Shown: positions 36,387-52,051 of the stretch, piece by piece
Position numbering within the stretch: the first letter of the stretch is position 1
Layout of the letters: the number at the start of each line of letters is the position of its first letter
Origin: Botryllus schlosseri
Lineage: Eukaryota
NCBI GenBank assembly: GCA_051294905.1
Contig: CM119371.1
Span: forward strand, 2,172,001-2,236,000
Reading direction: 5' to 3'
DNA: 64,000 nucleotides
Program-made: the position numbers and the translations under genes
Notes under the pieces: generated by a model
What the model was told of the DNA's origin: nothing
The model's input: the letters and a program-made list of their open reading frames with translations, nothing else
The model's database searches: none

Positions 36387-39300
36387 GTCAAATAGGTAAC
36401 ATCATGCCGTTCGATATTACATTTCCTTCATAATCTATTTGGTTTTGTCATCTCTCTGAATTTTTTTCATCCTGTACGTATCGATATTATCGAATCAGTC
36501 GATAAAGTCATATTCAAATAGGGTACGTATTATAAACATTTAAAAGAACCATACTGCCAGAAAGGTTGGGAACCGAGGAGACCGCTTGCCTAGTAACCGC
36601 TGTATATATCGTTTTGCACTTGCCCTATGTCAGGGCCGGGCAACTTCTACGATCGGTGAGCCGGATATGGGAAAATTAAGGACTTTGCGGCCAGATTACA
36701 AAATACATATTTTTCCTTAATCGCGATTTTATCTACCTCTGTAAGAAATCAATTGTATTTAATGCAAACTTCAAGTTTAAAGCATACCGGTAGATATCAA
36801 AAACAGAATTTAATGAATTTATATACAACAGCTGTTAAAGTCAATCAGACATCTATGGTCGCTCAATACTGTCAACTAGTTTTTTGAGCGCTGATTGCAT
36901 GTCATATGCAAAAACCCTTAGTGATGACTGCACGCGAACATCAGTTATATTGCAACGCAGCCCTCCTCGTTAATGTTCGTGGCAGTGTTGGGATTAAGTC
37001 ACTGCTTTCAAATCACAAGTCATCTCGAATCAATGCACATTTTGACTCGAGTCAAGTCAATTCACTTGATTTTCATAGGTGACAAGGGTCAAGTCAATTC
37101 ACTCGATTTTTGAAGGTGACCTGAGTCACGTCGAGTCAAGTCAAGTCACAAGTGAAGTAACTAGTCAAGTCAAGTTGAAATTTCAAAGTACTAGACATGA
37201 TTCAAAGTCATTACTAAGGCGATTTTTTTTGACAAGTCAAAAAAGTCCATTTTTTTACATGAATAGATTGTTTTATTTAGCTGATTGTTTTATTTACACT
37301 ATATCATGAAACTTAGTTACTCCCGCCATTCCCCGGCTTCAAAAATCTAGTGTTTTTCGGCTGTAACTCGTTTTGTGTTCACAATAGAAAAAACTTTCTT
37401 CTTGAGACTGACAGAAACATGATGTTTTGGCAGCATTCATGACCCTACGACCAGTGGTTGTCGAGATGGGCAATTTCACCCCCTCTCGCGCATAAATTGG
37501 GGGGATGCCGGCTGGAAAATGGAGGCAATTCCCTAAAACAAATATTTATTGAAGTTTCTAGTCATTTTTCGGACTTAAGAACCCCCTTTTTTCGATTTAA
37601 ACAAAAAGTCATTTTCACTCCACCCTACCACGCATGCCTATTGACATTCCAACATTTAACGACAAAAATGAAGATACATATCCTCACATCTTCATCAAGT
37701 CTACCTACCTGTCATTCGAATAAAGTTCTGACACATGAAACGATTGTCTGGCATTTATCCTGATTGCTACGCAACCTTTTGTCACACTGTACGCATTCGC
37801 GTAAAATACATTGTCTCTCCATATCCTGATAACCCCCAAAAATGCAAGGCTCAAATAGCTGATTAATATTTATTTCAAATCAATTCTATGCATTTCATAA
37901 CATGAAAACGTAGCCCAATACAACATAAAATCACGGAAATTCCAGCCACTACTCTCTAAGTCCAAGATGAAGATACTCATTAGGAGTCATTAACAATACT
38001 TTAATTGAAAATTAGTCACAATGGACAGTAAGAGTAATTTATGGAATGTCAAGCAGCAAATCATAATATCTCAGTAAAAAGAGAATATTGAATCACATTC
38101 ATACGATTATCTGAAATTTCGATTGTTATGGGTTGACAATTCGCCTCTTTTTCAGTTAACTATGGTGTATTAAGTCATTTAGAATCAATTAATAACATAC
38201 GAATATTTAACGAGCTCATCAAGAGGGATGAGCGAATTATATTATGCTCGAAGTATCCAGAAACACCATGGTAGCAGAAAAGTACTGCGACCGTCATTCT
38301 ACAGAATAATATCAAGGTCATGAAATATCTTCGTAATGGAAGTTTTCAACTCGATAAGTTTACCTTTCAACACTCTCCTGAAGTCAACTGTACTAAAGAT
38401 ATAGAGAAAGGTCACAAGATCATGATAGAACATGGATAATCCTACAGAATTGACATTGCAATTGATTTCATACACTACACTACATTTATTTTCAACAAAA
38501 TTTTATATTTTATATTTTTTGGGGTTTTCTGAAGTATCTAATTTCTATCATAATACATCACACAAAACATAACAACACTACACACTGCACATCTAAGATT
38601 ATACCAATTTTTTCTTATCATTTTTCTATATTTATGTATTTTTTGTAACTTCTGTTATAATCAATTATTTTAAGGTGTAACACGATGAAATACATTTCTC
38701 TATTTTATCCCGCTATTCGATTCTACCTTGCGAATCAATCCTTATAATTGCAGAAAATCAACAGGATGACGGCTTGAACTCTACTGTAGTAAAACCATCT
38801 GCACATTGAAATGAACTTAAACCTTCATTTTCGGAAATATTTAGGATCGACGTGACGCTTACGGTATTACCATTATATTCGTCGAGTTGTGAAATTTTTT
38901 TGCAACTGTTTGGGTTACCTAATTGTGAAATGCAATATGCACAATATAAATACCATCGTGAAATTTCATCAATTAAACATGAAATAGCCAGTTTAAATTC
39001 TTAAATGAAATGCGATAATTCTACTCCCCATATTTTAATTTTGTTGATGGGAATCGTTGGCTCTTGTAAATGATCAACGATGTTGCTTCTGTTACTCTCC
39101 GTACAGCTGACTGGAAAACAAGTACCTCTGAATAAATCAATATCCTAGTAAATCAATCATGTTTCTCAACTATTCGGACTATGAGCCGGAGATGGACTGT
39201 TCACGTGGGTACGTCATAACACTGCACAAAATAGAATTCGACTTTTTGTAGACTACCTGGGCTTATAGTTGGATAGATTCAAGGGATTTAATCTACAGGT

Positions 39301-39519
39301 GGATTGTGTATTTATATTTTCGCAATACGATTCTCAGATATCTTGGGCACACAATTCAATATATAGCAACATATTTATTCAGTACTCCCATTTCATGCAG
39401 GCAGCACATCGTATATCCAAGGGAGCAGTATTGGCTGGGTCAGTGTACTTGCTAGAGTACATTTTTGACAGTTTACATTTCAATTAGGGAAATTGCGGTG
39501 CAGTTAACAATGTCAAGTA

Positions 39520-40520
39520 TCAATGACACTTAAAAAGTATTTCTACAGCTTGTTTGATAGAAATTATATTTTTAACGCCACTAGGATCATCTCTATGAGT
39601 GGAAAATTCATCAAAGCTAGGGACTTACGTTTCTTCTTCAAGGTAGCCTAAAATAGGTGACGATAAGTGCACTACTACTATACTCAGATAGTCAGACAAT
39701 TCTAGTTGTCTAATTAGACTAGTTTGAGTGAAATGCCGGTAATATTATTTGAATCTATTTTGTGAAATGATTCTCTCCTATAATTCTAATCAAATTTGTC
39801 AAATTTTTACATGTTCTCATTTTAGTTCAAACCCTATCTCTCGTGTTCGTGTGAATGCTACTGAGAGAACTGTATAGTGCGAAACGAGCCAAACTTGTTT
39901 CACAGACATTTTCTATTATCATGCTCATAAGAATAAACCATGATTTGATAGTAATGGAACTGGATTCAATGACATAGTTTTTGCGGATTCAGTAATATTA
40001 ATTCCAATCTAATTTGGAAAAATGTATCATTATACCTGCAGTTTTAAAGTATTTTAACAGCTTGTTTCACGAAAAGTATATTTTTAATGCCACTAGGATC
40101 ATCTGTATGAGTGGAAAATTCATCAAAAATAGGTATGTGCGTTTTATCTTAAAGGTTGCCTAAAATAGGTGACGATAAGCGTACTCCTATCAAACTTGAA
40201 TAATTAAATAATTCTAGTTGTCTAATTAGACTAAATAAAGCTAAATGCCTGTAATCTAATTCGAATATCATTTGTGAAATGATTCTTTGCCATGATTTTG
40301 TGAAATTTTTAGATATTCTCATTTCAAGGCAAAGCCTATCTCTGGTTTTCCTGTAAATGCTACTTAGAGAATTGTATAGTGCCAAACAGGCCAAGCTTGC
40401 TATTATCATGCTCGTGAGATTGAACCATGATTTGATAGTAACGAAACTGGATTCAATGACCTGATTTTTCCGGATTCAATTCCAATTACAGTCTAATTCG
40501 GAAAATGGATAGCTCTAACT
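39520..40520. repeat. Diverged tandem duplication, period ~510 bp
   Basis: acagcttgttt...gccactaggatcatct.tatgagtggaaaattcatcaaa at ~39545 and ~40057; ctggattcaatgac at ~39960 and ~40448. Confidence 0.8.
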
Positions 40521-41074
40521 ATAGTTTTAATGTATTTTCAGAAAATTAATGCGATAATTATATTTCTACTATAATTTGGAAATAACTGTGTAGCGGCAAT
40601 TTTTATCAATGTAACTTTCTTCAAATTGGAGTTGTTGATGAGAGACGAAATGTCATCCAGTGAAACACGATACCGTAATATGTATCGGATATATTCGATC
40701 TGCAGTGAGAAATTATGACTATTAATATTGTGTATTACAATGATGCTTACCACTATTGTTGACCATTTCACCAGGGGCCATCATGTATTACAATATACTT
40801 TGGATCACCAGTTTGGACGGTTTAGTCTGGCCCGCTAGGCGATTCTGAAAAAATGGCCGTATTATCTGGCACATGTCTAATACATGTTGAAATTTCTAGT
40901 AGGAAACATTTCCATTCTCTCAAGACAGAAAATGTCGAGCATTTTCGGTTCATGTCAAATTATAACCATCCGACCGTGCTGTTGAGGTTACACTGTAGTC
41001 ACCGTCAGCAACAAGTCACTTCCATTGACACTAGTGTTACCATAAGTTCTATTTTCTGACTTTTTTGAAAGTGT

Positions 41075-43985
41075 TCTAGAAAAAATTCACTAGCTTACCG
41101 ATAGTTGTCAAATCATCAGGTTACCTAAAAAAAAACGTTGCACGCCACATTTGACTCAATTCCAACCAGTAGAAGCCATAGGTACCTCAAATTGAAATTT
41201 CGGTTATTTTTGAAATCATAGTATTCACGGTGACCAATTGACTAAAAATCCTGTTCCAGGCGGGGATGTCTTTTTCACTTGTTTTGATCTTGATGCGGAC
41301 CTACGGTGGGGTTTGGATGAAGACATCGCCAGTAAACGAAAAAAATATTTGACACGGACGACCTGGAAATTGGTTCACTTCATTGAAATAGACATGTCAA
41401 AACGATGGTGGGATAATTTTCAAATTGAGTAAGGCCTACTTTACACACTGAAATGAACGACCACGAAAAGAAAATGAACTGACAAGCAGGTAAAACCCAA
41501 GTAAATATACTTCTCAAGTGATCTATATTCTTGGTCGGTCCAATGTAAATTTCTTCACGATACAATTTCATATTATATGATATTTTATTATTTGCCCAGC
41601 ACCACCCCTACAGTACTATCACAGGTAAAGTATAAGACTTATGGGCATCGTGACAGATCTTCTTCCTATCAAAAGTTATCGTCCTATATTCATGTCATCC
41701 TCCTCCTCCATATTCGGTTACTATAATCTAATTCAGTGCTTTTCGACCTTTTTGCGCTCCGTTCGCACTTTTTCTGTAAAATAAATTTCATTCGCGCAAA
41801 CTAATCGAAAATTGTTATACAAAAAGTAGATGAAGATAGGCCTACTTAACAACATTTTGTTCAGATGTGCAACAAATTTGTACTATGTAGCTTGAAGGGG
41901 CACTGCGATCTAAAAATGATGTGGTCTCAAATTGAAGGTAAAAACAAACAAAAATTTTTGGCCGCAGCCACTTCCTTCTTATTGAAATTTGTACAAGACC
42001 AGCTGCCGCGGCTGCTTAACCCGTTACATGGCACGAAGTCTTCATCGTCTCACTTGCTCGACGTGATAAGGCAGTCACGCAGAGAACGAAACTTGGTTGA
42101 AGGGGTTGGTCTCGAAATGAATGCGTCTCATAGGCTTGAGCTCGCACGTTGCACAGCCCTACACTAGTTCATCCCAACGGCCTTCGACCATGTTTTCCAG
42201 AAAAAAACAGTCGGACAAATCTTATCATGAATTCTCGTGATGAAGCCATATTTAATGCGTGTCTCGCTTATTGGCCACAGTACTCAACACAGTGATCTTG
42301 GATATGTAAAAACGATTACAGGATATTTTGCAAGAAATTCAATAAATATTACATAACAGATAGCTCTGGCACCGTGTCGACCCAAAATAATACTCTTTGC
42401 GGTCCATACTTCAATAACCCTTGAAGGGGTAACAATTTGCGTTACAGTAACTTGCAAATGTGAGTCTGTAATGATGGTATTTACTACTATCCTCGCGCAA
42501 ATCGAACAGTTATTACGAAAATATGATGATTGTTTAGCGAAAGAAACCAGAATTTGACGTCTTTTTCCAGCCTGTCGCAGGCTCCGACGGGCTGATATAC
42601 TGTATGCCACTATAGAGATTGTAGAGATCTCTATACCGCCACTACACCAGCTTCCAGCCGTGTTTTTGGTTACGTAATAATTAGACTGCGGTAATATTAA
42701 TTCACTACGGCTTGTGAGAGCTACGATTAGTGGCGCGTCCTATCAAGTTTTGACAATTGCGTCGTAACTTTAAAAGTTACACTGATCTTAAACTTCCTAT
42801 TAGGTTTACTTGAATTCTTCCACGTCAGAAAAGTTAACAATTAATCACGATTTTCATTCGCACTTTATCCGGAATTTCATTCACACCACCTTCGTCATTC
42901 GCATTTGATCCGGATTTTCATTCGCACTTTATCCGGAATTTCATTCGCACCATTCGCACTACCCTCGTCATTCGCACTTGATCCGGATTTTCATTCGCAC
43001 TATTCGCACCACCTTCGTCATTCGCAGTGCAAATTTTCTCATTCGCACAAGTGCGAACCGTCACACAGGTTGAAAAGCGCTGATCTAATTGTATCCATAT
43101 ATCGTGATAAAACACCAATGCCTTTTGTAACTCCATGACAAAGGGGTCCTGATAATATTGAAAGACCAGAAAATGACTAATGTGCTTTGCAAGCTCACTT
43201 GGTTACCATTTGGTTTCCCGAATCTCGCATATGTGAAATATCAGAAATGTTTTTCAAATCATAAATACTATTCAGTGGCATAGCCCATTCTGATTTGCAA
43301 GCAGCACCATTTTCAACGCCCTGGATGAGTCAATGTCAAACAGCAGAGAAATATTCGAACACTGAGCTGCTGAGGAATGCAACTGATGTCTCTGGGGATG
43401 AGGTTTGGGTAATGGCGACTTTGCAATCGGTAAAAACTTTGAATCAAGGCAGAGAGTATGCCCTGCATAACTGGGATAGATTTCATCAAATTTAAATTTG
43501 CCTGACAAAAAATACTTCTAGATAGGATTATCACTTGAGAAATACATTTACCTGTATTTTACCTTCTTGTCAGTTCATTTTCTTTTCGTGGTCGTTAATT
43601 TAAGTGTGTTAAGTACTATATTTGAAAATTATCGCACCATCGTTTTAACTTGTCTATTTCAATGAAGTGGACCAATTTTCAGGTAATCCGATGTCGTCAT
43701 TCAAACCCCACCCTGGACCCTGTCAAGATCAAAACTAGTGGGAAAGACATTCCTGCCACTTCAGGCGTAACTGAAAAACGATTTTTGGTCATGTCGGTAT
43801 GACGAAATCGGTCACCGCAAATACTATTACTTCAAAAATGACCGAGATTTAAATTTGAGTGACCTCGGCTTCTACTGGTTGGAATTGAGTCAAATTTGGC
43901 GTGCAACATTTTTTTAGATAACCTGACAATTTGACTACCGAGCCGATAAAATTTGAAAAAAAAAAGTTTTTTTCAACACCCCTAA
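41075..43985. mobile_element. Non-autonomous DNA transposon with ~400-bp inverted arms (41075-41487 and 43566-43985) around a 2-kb mosaic interior
   Basis: acgaccacgaaaagaaaatgaactgacaag pairs with cttgtcagttcattttcttttcgtggtcgt, and the outer arms pair through the ttgactcaattccaaccagtagaagcc block. Confidence 0.7.
42850..43070. repeat. Cluster of (tc)attcgcac motifs, probably the subterminal repeats of a DNA transposon end
   Basis: About 10 attcgca copies interleaved with atccgga, ending gtgcgaaccgtcacacagg. Confidence 0.7.
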
Positions 43986-44543
43986 GGAGCACGCTCAAAT
44001 GACCTCTTTTTGAGAATTTGTCCTCTTTTTTGAAAATTATGGTAAAATGTATGTGAAAATTCAACTGGAAATAAGTACTGAAGTAACGTTCCGCAGGTCT
44101 TTCGAGAGTTGAGCTAGAAAGGTGACCTTTTTTATTTAACGAACTACAAACATGGATTAAATTAACCATTTTTTCCGGATTTTACTCCGGTATTGTAAGT
44201 ATGAATTTTTTTAAAGGTGTCCTTTTCAGATTCCCAAAATGTGGTAACCCTAATTGACACTAAATTCCGAGATTACCATTTAAAAAAAAGCAATCATTGC
44301 AATATGCCAATGTATATCGTCGATAAAGCCTCTGTTTAGCAATTTATTTTTTGTGTAAAACGAGGGCATTGATTTTGAAGCAATCTTTGGAATCATTTTA
44401 CTGGTCCAGCCCGCGAGTGCTCTGAAGGTTATAATTTGAACCGCAACACCAGTTGAATTTGACACCCCTGCTTTAGATGAGCAAATTACCAGGAATCACG
44501 AACTCCGCAACTGCGGTGGATATCTCGGCCATGGAATATAAGT

Positions 44544-47500
44544 TTATTCATGTGGAGGGGACTCGTACTGTGCGGCAGAATTCTATGATAAACGTGCGAT
44601 GGTGGGAGAAGAACGTTCAATATATCCAATGAAACTAATACTGGATGATAAGTACTACCTTCTTTTGCTGACAAGCTTCTAACATCTTCCAGAATTCATC
44701 TGCTTCTCCAACGTAAAACATGGCATGGATATTGACAAAAACGGAAATTGCTGTCCTGCACTCCAAAATTCGGCTGTAATCCTGGTCAGGTATCAGGCCA
44801 TTCACGGCAATATCCAGGAGATCCAACTAAAATGTGAAAACAGTTATTCCCAGACTTTAATATAGCCGCCGAAGAGATGATTGCGTTCGAAGTCATATAA
44901 AATGATAGGTGAATATAAACGCATTGAAAAATACTCTGGGAATAGAATCAGGATCGTACTTGATACTTTTTCCCGCAAGTCTCAATCAACGACCAATCGA
45001 TGTTTTCTTCTTTTTCTGTACAATCGAGCAGGATCTTGCTGATCTGAACACAATATTGATTTCATTAGGTAATATGACGAAATTGTCTTGATGTTTTCTC
45101 ATTTGAATAATTATTCATATTGGTAAAGTTCAATACTGATTCGTTAGAATTCTTCGGTTTTCCATAATGCATTTGCTACATCGGTTTCAGCCTCATTCCA
45201 GAGTTTGATATCTTTTCAAAAATATACTTCTATCCATTGTACAAACGTATCATATAGAAGGTGGTGGTCAAACCAGTCACCGTCGTTACTCAAGTAGAAG
45301 TGAAAGTAGCGATATAGAATTAAGTAAAATATAATTATTGTAGGCCTAGTTTCGAGTAAAAATGATAACTGCCTAATAGAAGTAGTCTGAAATATTAGCT
45401 ACTTGAGTATGTAGGAGAAGTAGATAAATCTACCTGAAGTACTACGACAAGTAGAAGTACTTCGTTATTGATCACCTCTAGATAAATGCTGTAAGGAACG
45501 CTGGATAGCGTATGTAGCGATGTCGCTTATGTTTACGCAAAGGTTGAATTTTACTCGAGCAGTAAAACATATACAGCATACCCTATTTTTAATATTATCT
45601 ACCTGCTTTCGAAACCTAGATTTTGAGCAGGCATTGTTGCTTTTCACCTCAAACTACGCCAATGCTTGAGCGCACATTGCGAGATGACCAGTAGCAATCT
45701 GCTTCTACTTCTTAAAAGTATGTGGTTGATGTAACGATTTCACTTATGAAATTGATTCAAAATTATACCAGAAACATGTACTGCACTCTAAAAATGATGT
45801 GGTCTCAAAATGAAGGGCAAAACGAAAACAAAAATTTGGCTCCAGCCATTTTCTTCAGAACGCCGCCGTAGTGAAGCTGCAATTTAATGAAATTTCCGCA
45901 GGACCTTCACGCTTCAGCAGTCATGCAGAGATCGAACTTTATATAGTTGTCAGCCAATGTTATGAAGGAAATATGTCGTACACGTCAAGGTGGTTTAGAT
46001 ACCGCGTTCAACGGAAGATGCTCAGTGAGAAGATTTATGTCAAAATTGGGCCTAGTGTATTCTATTTCTTCAAGACAGAAATAGATGATGCTCAACAATT
46101 TTCTTATAAATAAACAACATTTTATGCATAAGAATAGGACATGATTTTAGACTACTTTCATGCAAAATCGCTTACTTTTCACGGATTGGATTTTGAGAAA
46201 TAGAAAGTGGTTTTGTGTTACGTTTGTATCACTGTGATGTGTGAAATCGTCTCAAAAAATCGCAATAGACATCATGGTAACTGTTGAATCTAATTTCCAA
46301 GATTATACAAATTTGCAATAATAATCGTTTTTATTTACTCGCAGAGACTCATCTTGTAATTTACAAAGTAACCGCTAGCGATAAATCACCAAACACTTAC
46401 GAACGATCGACCAAAACTACTTTTCGAAACTCAAGTACTTACAAAGGTACTTTTCAAACTTGTCACTTTCTACCTCCACTTGAAGTAGTTTTAACACATC
46501 ATGGAACATCTATTTCTACATATAATTACATGTAAAAATAAATCGTTTCTTCTACTTTTTCAGAATTATCAAGGCCGACTACTTTCACCACATCTACATA
46601 CAACCGAGACTCGACGCGCAATACTAGAGATGCAAGTACAGTAGAAATTGAGAATGGAAGTTTTTGGTGAACAGTGATGAGCGGATTTGAAATTTCAAAA
46701 TACAAATCCTCTTTAAATCCAGAATTTAATTAGTCTTAACCCCATGTCCAAATCCGATAACGGCTGAAATTTGTCCAAAAGTATCATGGAAATTGAACAA
46801 TATTAGAAAATATTTTACAATAATATTATAGGAAATCTATCTAATACCTTGTTTAATTTAAACTCGGATAATTTCTGCAAATCATCCTGCTTGGCCAACA
46901 GTTGTATTTGTACTTTAAAGTTGATAAATTCAGCATCAAAAAGTATTCCAAGAAATGCAACGTATGCTACCGCATGAATTCGGTTGAACGATAGATTGGA
47001 ATCCTGCAAAATAAAAATGTCAGTTACGTCACAATCTGCACCAATAAGACAGACTCAGAGGCACGATCATGCATGGGCAGATTATTGTTACTACTGAAGG
47101 CTAGTGCGGGTGAAGCGATGGCTATGATGCTTATCAGTTGGAAAATGCGATGTGATAGAAACACAATCCTTATGTTTTTGAAAGATGTAACCTAACATTT
47201 CGAATGGACTTGATAATCAAAGTACAGTGCCGACAATTTTTTTTTATAAATTCATCTTGTAAAAACTTTACTTATAAAATCAGCACAAGTTTTTAGGTTA
47301 CTATTCTCAACAAAAGCATCTCATCTTCATGACGCTCATCATTACGTCATAAGCTCCATCCTGGCAATACTTCACCGCAAGGTCATCGTTATACGTGCCT
47401 AGTGTAGCTGACAGCTTCGTACAGTAAAGTCAGTGAAATGAGCGAAACTTCATTCCAATCATTAGTATGGACTTGTAATCAAAGTTCAATCATCTTGATA

Positions 47501-50269
47501 GCCAACCTTCATGTCACCTTCAATCCAGTCACCATTTATCTTGATGACATCTTTTTCGTTCTTCAATTCAACAGGATATATTTCTTCTATAGACAGCTTG
47601 ATAACCTGAATATTATCCAGATGTGAAACTTGAGATTGTGCATTGTATCGATCATCCAACAAATATCGTGACGTCATATCTTACATACAGTAACGACCGC
47701 AGCATCACAGATCATCATGTGCTATACTTCTTTGACACGGGTCACATATTTCACTGACGTTTTTGCCCGTGGTGGCATTTTGCTAATTTAGTGGATCGAT
47801 ATCTCCAAAAATACTTGTTTATATGAGGTAAGAAGTATCATGGCAGAATCCGTAGAAAAAGTATAAGTATTGAGACGAAAATATTTTGGGCTATATTGTT
47901 GACCTTTAATCAAATCGTAAGCACCCGGAACCGTATTCCTGCATTGACACGAATTCATGAGCTAATTTCGTCTTTTTAATCGTAGTGCGATAATTGACAG
48001 TTTCCTGTTGTGAGCATGTAAATCAGAATTACTCCATGGATATCATAGTGAGTCCTTTATTACAAGGGAAATAAAACACTGCAGTCAAAAACGCTGTTAT
48101 AATTAGTGCTGTGCACAGTGATTCGAGTGCTCAAATCTGAACCGAATATCAATTTTAATGATTCAGTCTGAGTAGTAAAAGTCGATTTTCTCAAGTACCA
48201 AAATTGTGCGTTCGTCGACGCTGAAATTACTTCATTGACAAAAATTGTAGTTTTGACAGTATTTTTCACTTTTGAAGCCTTGAAATCGCTATTGATCGCA
48301 TAGCAGCATATCAAACATATTGCACAAAGCTACGAACGCTACTGGAATAACATATTTTTAAATTCATGATCATCGCCCAAAATTGCCACAAACTGCAATG
48401 AAATTTGTATGTTCGAAAAAACACAGAAGTATCTTTATTTTGATGCATGACAACAGGCATTATATTATTTTAGGTGACATAAAAGGTACATATTTGAACT
48501 TTGACATATTATATTCTGTTATGACGTCATAACATAACCAGTGATACTCGAATAGTCGACTCGACTCTAAGCTTTATATGTGATTTAGAATTGAATCACT
48601 CAGATACTCCATTTTCCCAGCCCTAGTTAATCAGTGAACAATTTTGCTGTGCAATGTCGAAATCATTGTGTTGGCCTGAAAATCAGATGCGCACTTTGTT
48701 GATTAGGAGTAGTAATATCCTGTTGCGCACTAATTCATGCACAATTGCACATGCACACATGCACTTGCACACTTTTGAATTTTTACGATGCTGACAATGT
48801 TACTTTTTATTCACCCAGTGCGATTTGTAGGGGCACGCGCCGTTTGCTCGCGTAAATATGACATAATTTTATAAAATATTGATGAACAATTCGATCATCG
48901 CCAGACTGGCTGGTATGGATCACACCAATATCAAATTTCATTACATTGCATTCATTTCATTCATTGTCAATGTAGTAGAAAGCGATTTCTATTGATAAGG
49001 TCGTGACATTAACTCAGCGCTCATATTGCGGCCACCACGCTACATAATCTCCCATCTCACTAAATTCAATTACATAGCTCGATATTGATGACACGGTGCG
49101 GATATTAAAACACCATATCAGTGGGTAAATACTGTGCGGATTCGGGATGAAAGAAGTGTAGGACTCTTACAAAAATTATTCAGAATTCACTGGCTGTGTG
49201 ATAAAATTGTTAGGTTGGTTGAAGCAACGCTGTAAACCAAATTTGGCTTCAAGTCCAACCAGTAGAAGCAAGATTCTTGCTGTAAAAAAGTTTTGAATTT
49301 ATGATTAAAAAAAATTCAAAGTTTTTCTTTCAACCCCATAAAATTGTTAGGCAATCAGGAGTGATGATGCATACCAAATTTGGCTCAATTCCAACAGCTA
49401 GGAGCGAAGTTATTGCCGTAGTAAAATTTCCAATTCCATGATTTTATAGGAAATAATTATAGCTTTCAATACAACATCCATTTTAGTACAATATTTAAAC
49501 TCAAATACTGTTCGGCACACTAAAGGGATTTAAATGGATTAAGAAGCAAAACCAAATCCGTTTAACTCCCTTCAGTGTGCCGTTAACTCTGGAAAGAGGC
49601 AACAAAAAAGTCTCTGAGTTTAAAAATATTCTACTATAATGAATTTTGTATTGAAAGTTATATTCAAGTTCTGTACCACGAATCAGCTACCGGTATTTGA
49701 ATAAATAATTAGAGAGTTACCTACCGTAAAATTATTTCATTAGAGTCCAAATTTTTCTACCGCAATAACTTCGCTTCTAGTGGCTGGAAATGAGCCACAT
49801 TTGGTTTGCATCGCCTCTACTGACAGCCCACTAATTTTACGTTGTTGACTGAAAAATTTAAAAATTTAAATTTTTAACGATAAATCCAGAATTTTCTACT
49901 GCAAGAAAATCGCTTCTACTGGTTGCAATTGGCCCGAAGTTGGCGTGCAGCGTTGCTTTCGCCAACCTGACAATTTTATAACATAGCCGAAGAAATCTAA
50001 AGGTTTTTTTAACAGCCATAATGCAAAGAATGTATGTATAATGCTTTCTATCACGACCATGGCGCCACCAATTACGTGCGATTGTCACGTCACAAGTCTT
50101 CGCATATCCACATGAAATTATAGTGGCTTGTTTGTACACAACTAAATCATAGAATCGATCTCACTTCCCAATCCAATTTTCCAGATAGCGATTTAATCCC
50201 ACGATGTCCGAGAAGTGAACGCAGTGCTACTGCTGAGAACTTATTGTCACGCAAATCCACTTCCTTCAC
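44544..50269 (-). CDS. Candidate downstream exons of the NLR gene (LRR region): 50269-50165, 47605-47507, 47003-46848, 44826-44659, and possible last exon 44582-44544
   Basis: Phase 0-0 exons with AG/GT borders. VKEVDLRDNKFSAVALRSL and LDLLDIAVNGL are LRR-like. Linkage to the NACHT exon is inferred, and other exons were probably missed. Confidence 0.5.
49190..49990. mobile_element. Degenerate palindromic MITE centred near 49545
   Basis: ggcacactaaagggatttaaatggatt pairs with aaatccgtttaactcccttcagtgtgcc. Each arm has two copies of an aaattgttagg...ccaaatttggct...ccaac..tag motif. Confidence 0.6.
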
Positions 50270-51540
50270 CTGGAATGATGAATGAAATATGAATACAATG
50301 TCTGCCAATATCATGTCAAACTAACAAAGCTTTGCACAGACTTATCCAGGGCATATTTTGGAAGCTGAGTATGTTCAACATCATTGCGATCCCCATAATA
50401 AAGGCAAACGACTCTAGGTTTAGCGTCACGGTATTTTACTAATCCATTCAAACGGCTTCAATCAATTCTAGGAATACACCGTACTCTATAATTGAGATTA
50501 CGATTTGATTTCAGTGAATGATGGCTAATTTTATTCACTTTCGATTTCATTTTTGTGAGCGACGCGGCTACAGTAGGATCAACTGTAATTTGTAATTGAG
50601 CTTCATGTAATTAATTATAATTTTTCATGTTATTTTAATTGTCATTGAAGGATTTCTATTCTGTGTACTCTTAATTTGATAAAAATTTTACTAATTACAA
50701 TTCAATTGCATTGTTATTGAAACCTGACAATCACAACATAAAATAATTAGGCCATTAACATGGGTGTTCTATGCTTACCTCGTTAACTAATTCAGCCATA
50801 CTAAACTGTTTTGCATCCGCCAACTTCAGGTCCAACAGAAAACTTGGTGAATTATAATATAGGCTATTGAACAAAATCTTACTCTTTCATAAATGGACGA
50901 AAACCAAATAAACTAATAGCTGTAACCTGTGCTGAACCATTTTCTACACCACGGTCAGCGTTGTTTTAAAATCTCTTTCCAGGCTTGCTGCAGCAATTGT
51001 AAAAAGAACTTCAAGTTTTCGACCAAGACTTCATCACGCTAGATCACACATTTGTAGAGATGTTATCCCAGTCTTACCCACTATCTTAGCTTAATTTACT
51101 GGGGCCAGAAACTATCCGCATCCTAATGATCATCAAATTCAGTCGAACAGTTTTGAGCAAGTGAAAATGTAACTGTGAATCAAAATTTTATAATTGGTAG
51201 TTATCAGGAACTTCTTTACTTTTGCATTTATGTTAATTTTACACACCTTATCGGTATCATCCTTATTGCCTTACTAATTTCATTTAATTCACCTTACTCA
51301 GCTCTCAGTATTCGTTTGAGTACATTTCATTGACTATCTTGTATCCTATTCGCTATTAGTCGTTGCCAGTCGCTCGAACTTTTGATTGTTAGTAGTCGCT
51401 TATAAAAAATTTCTTTTTTTGTATTTTTCAGACCTACAGTTGTCAGAGAGCACCTCTCTACCGAATCAGTCAGACTTTTACAAGTAATTGAAATTATAAT
51501 TGCACTTACTTACATGTTTAACAGTAATTATAATTGTAGT

Positions 51541-52051
51541 CAGGGTTCTAAAGACTCGAGTCACGATTTCCTGATGACTCGACTTGATTCGAGTCAATCT
51601 GTGTATTGACTCAACTTGAACTCGAGTCATTACGCATGACTCGAACCGAGTCATATGACTCCAGACTCAGATGGCCAAGATCAACATTTCATTGTAATTT
51701 CAAAGAATAGTAAAGTGACCACACAATTGTGATTTCGTCTATTGGTACTGGTACTTGAAAATGCGACCAGAAACTGCTACAAGTTAGGAAATTTAATACA
51801 TTATGAATGCGAACCATTCGATATCAACAAATTGGGTTATAATAAGTGGGTTACCAAGACTTTAACTGGAAGTTGAGCCGTCAACACAATGACTTGAACT
51901 TGAGTCATAATGCCATGACTCGGACTCCACCCTCTGATCGCTGACTTGGACACGGTGGTGAGTTGAAAATGAATCGACTTGACTCGAGAAAAAACTATGA
52001 AAATGAGATTAACTTGTTACTCGGAGCCTTTGTGACTAGGTTACAACCCTG
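51541..52051. mobile_element. hAT MITE rich in gactcgag/gagtca motifs, perfect TSD attgtagt; related copies at ~6458-6790, 34341-34611 and ~36983-37250
   Basis: attgtagt|cagggtt...ttacaaccctg|attgtagt. Confidence 0.85.
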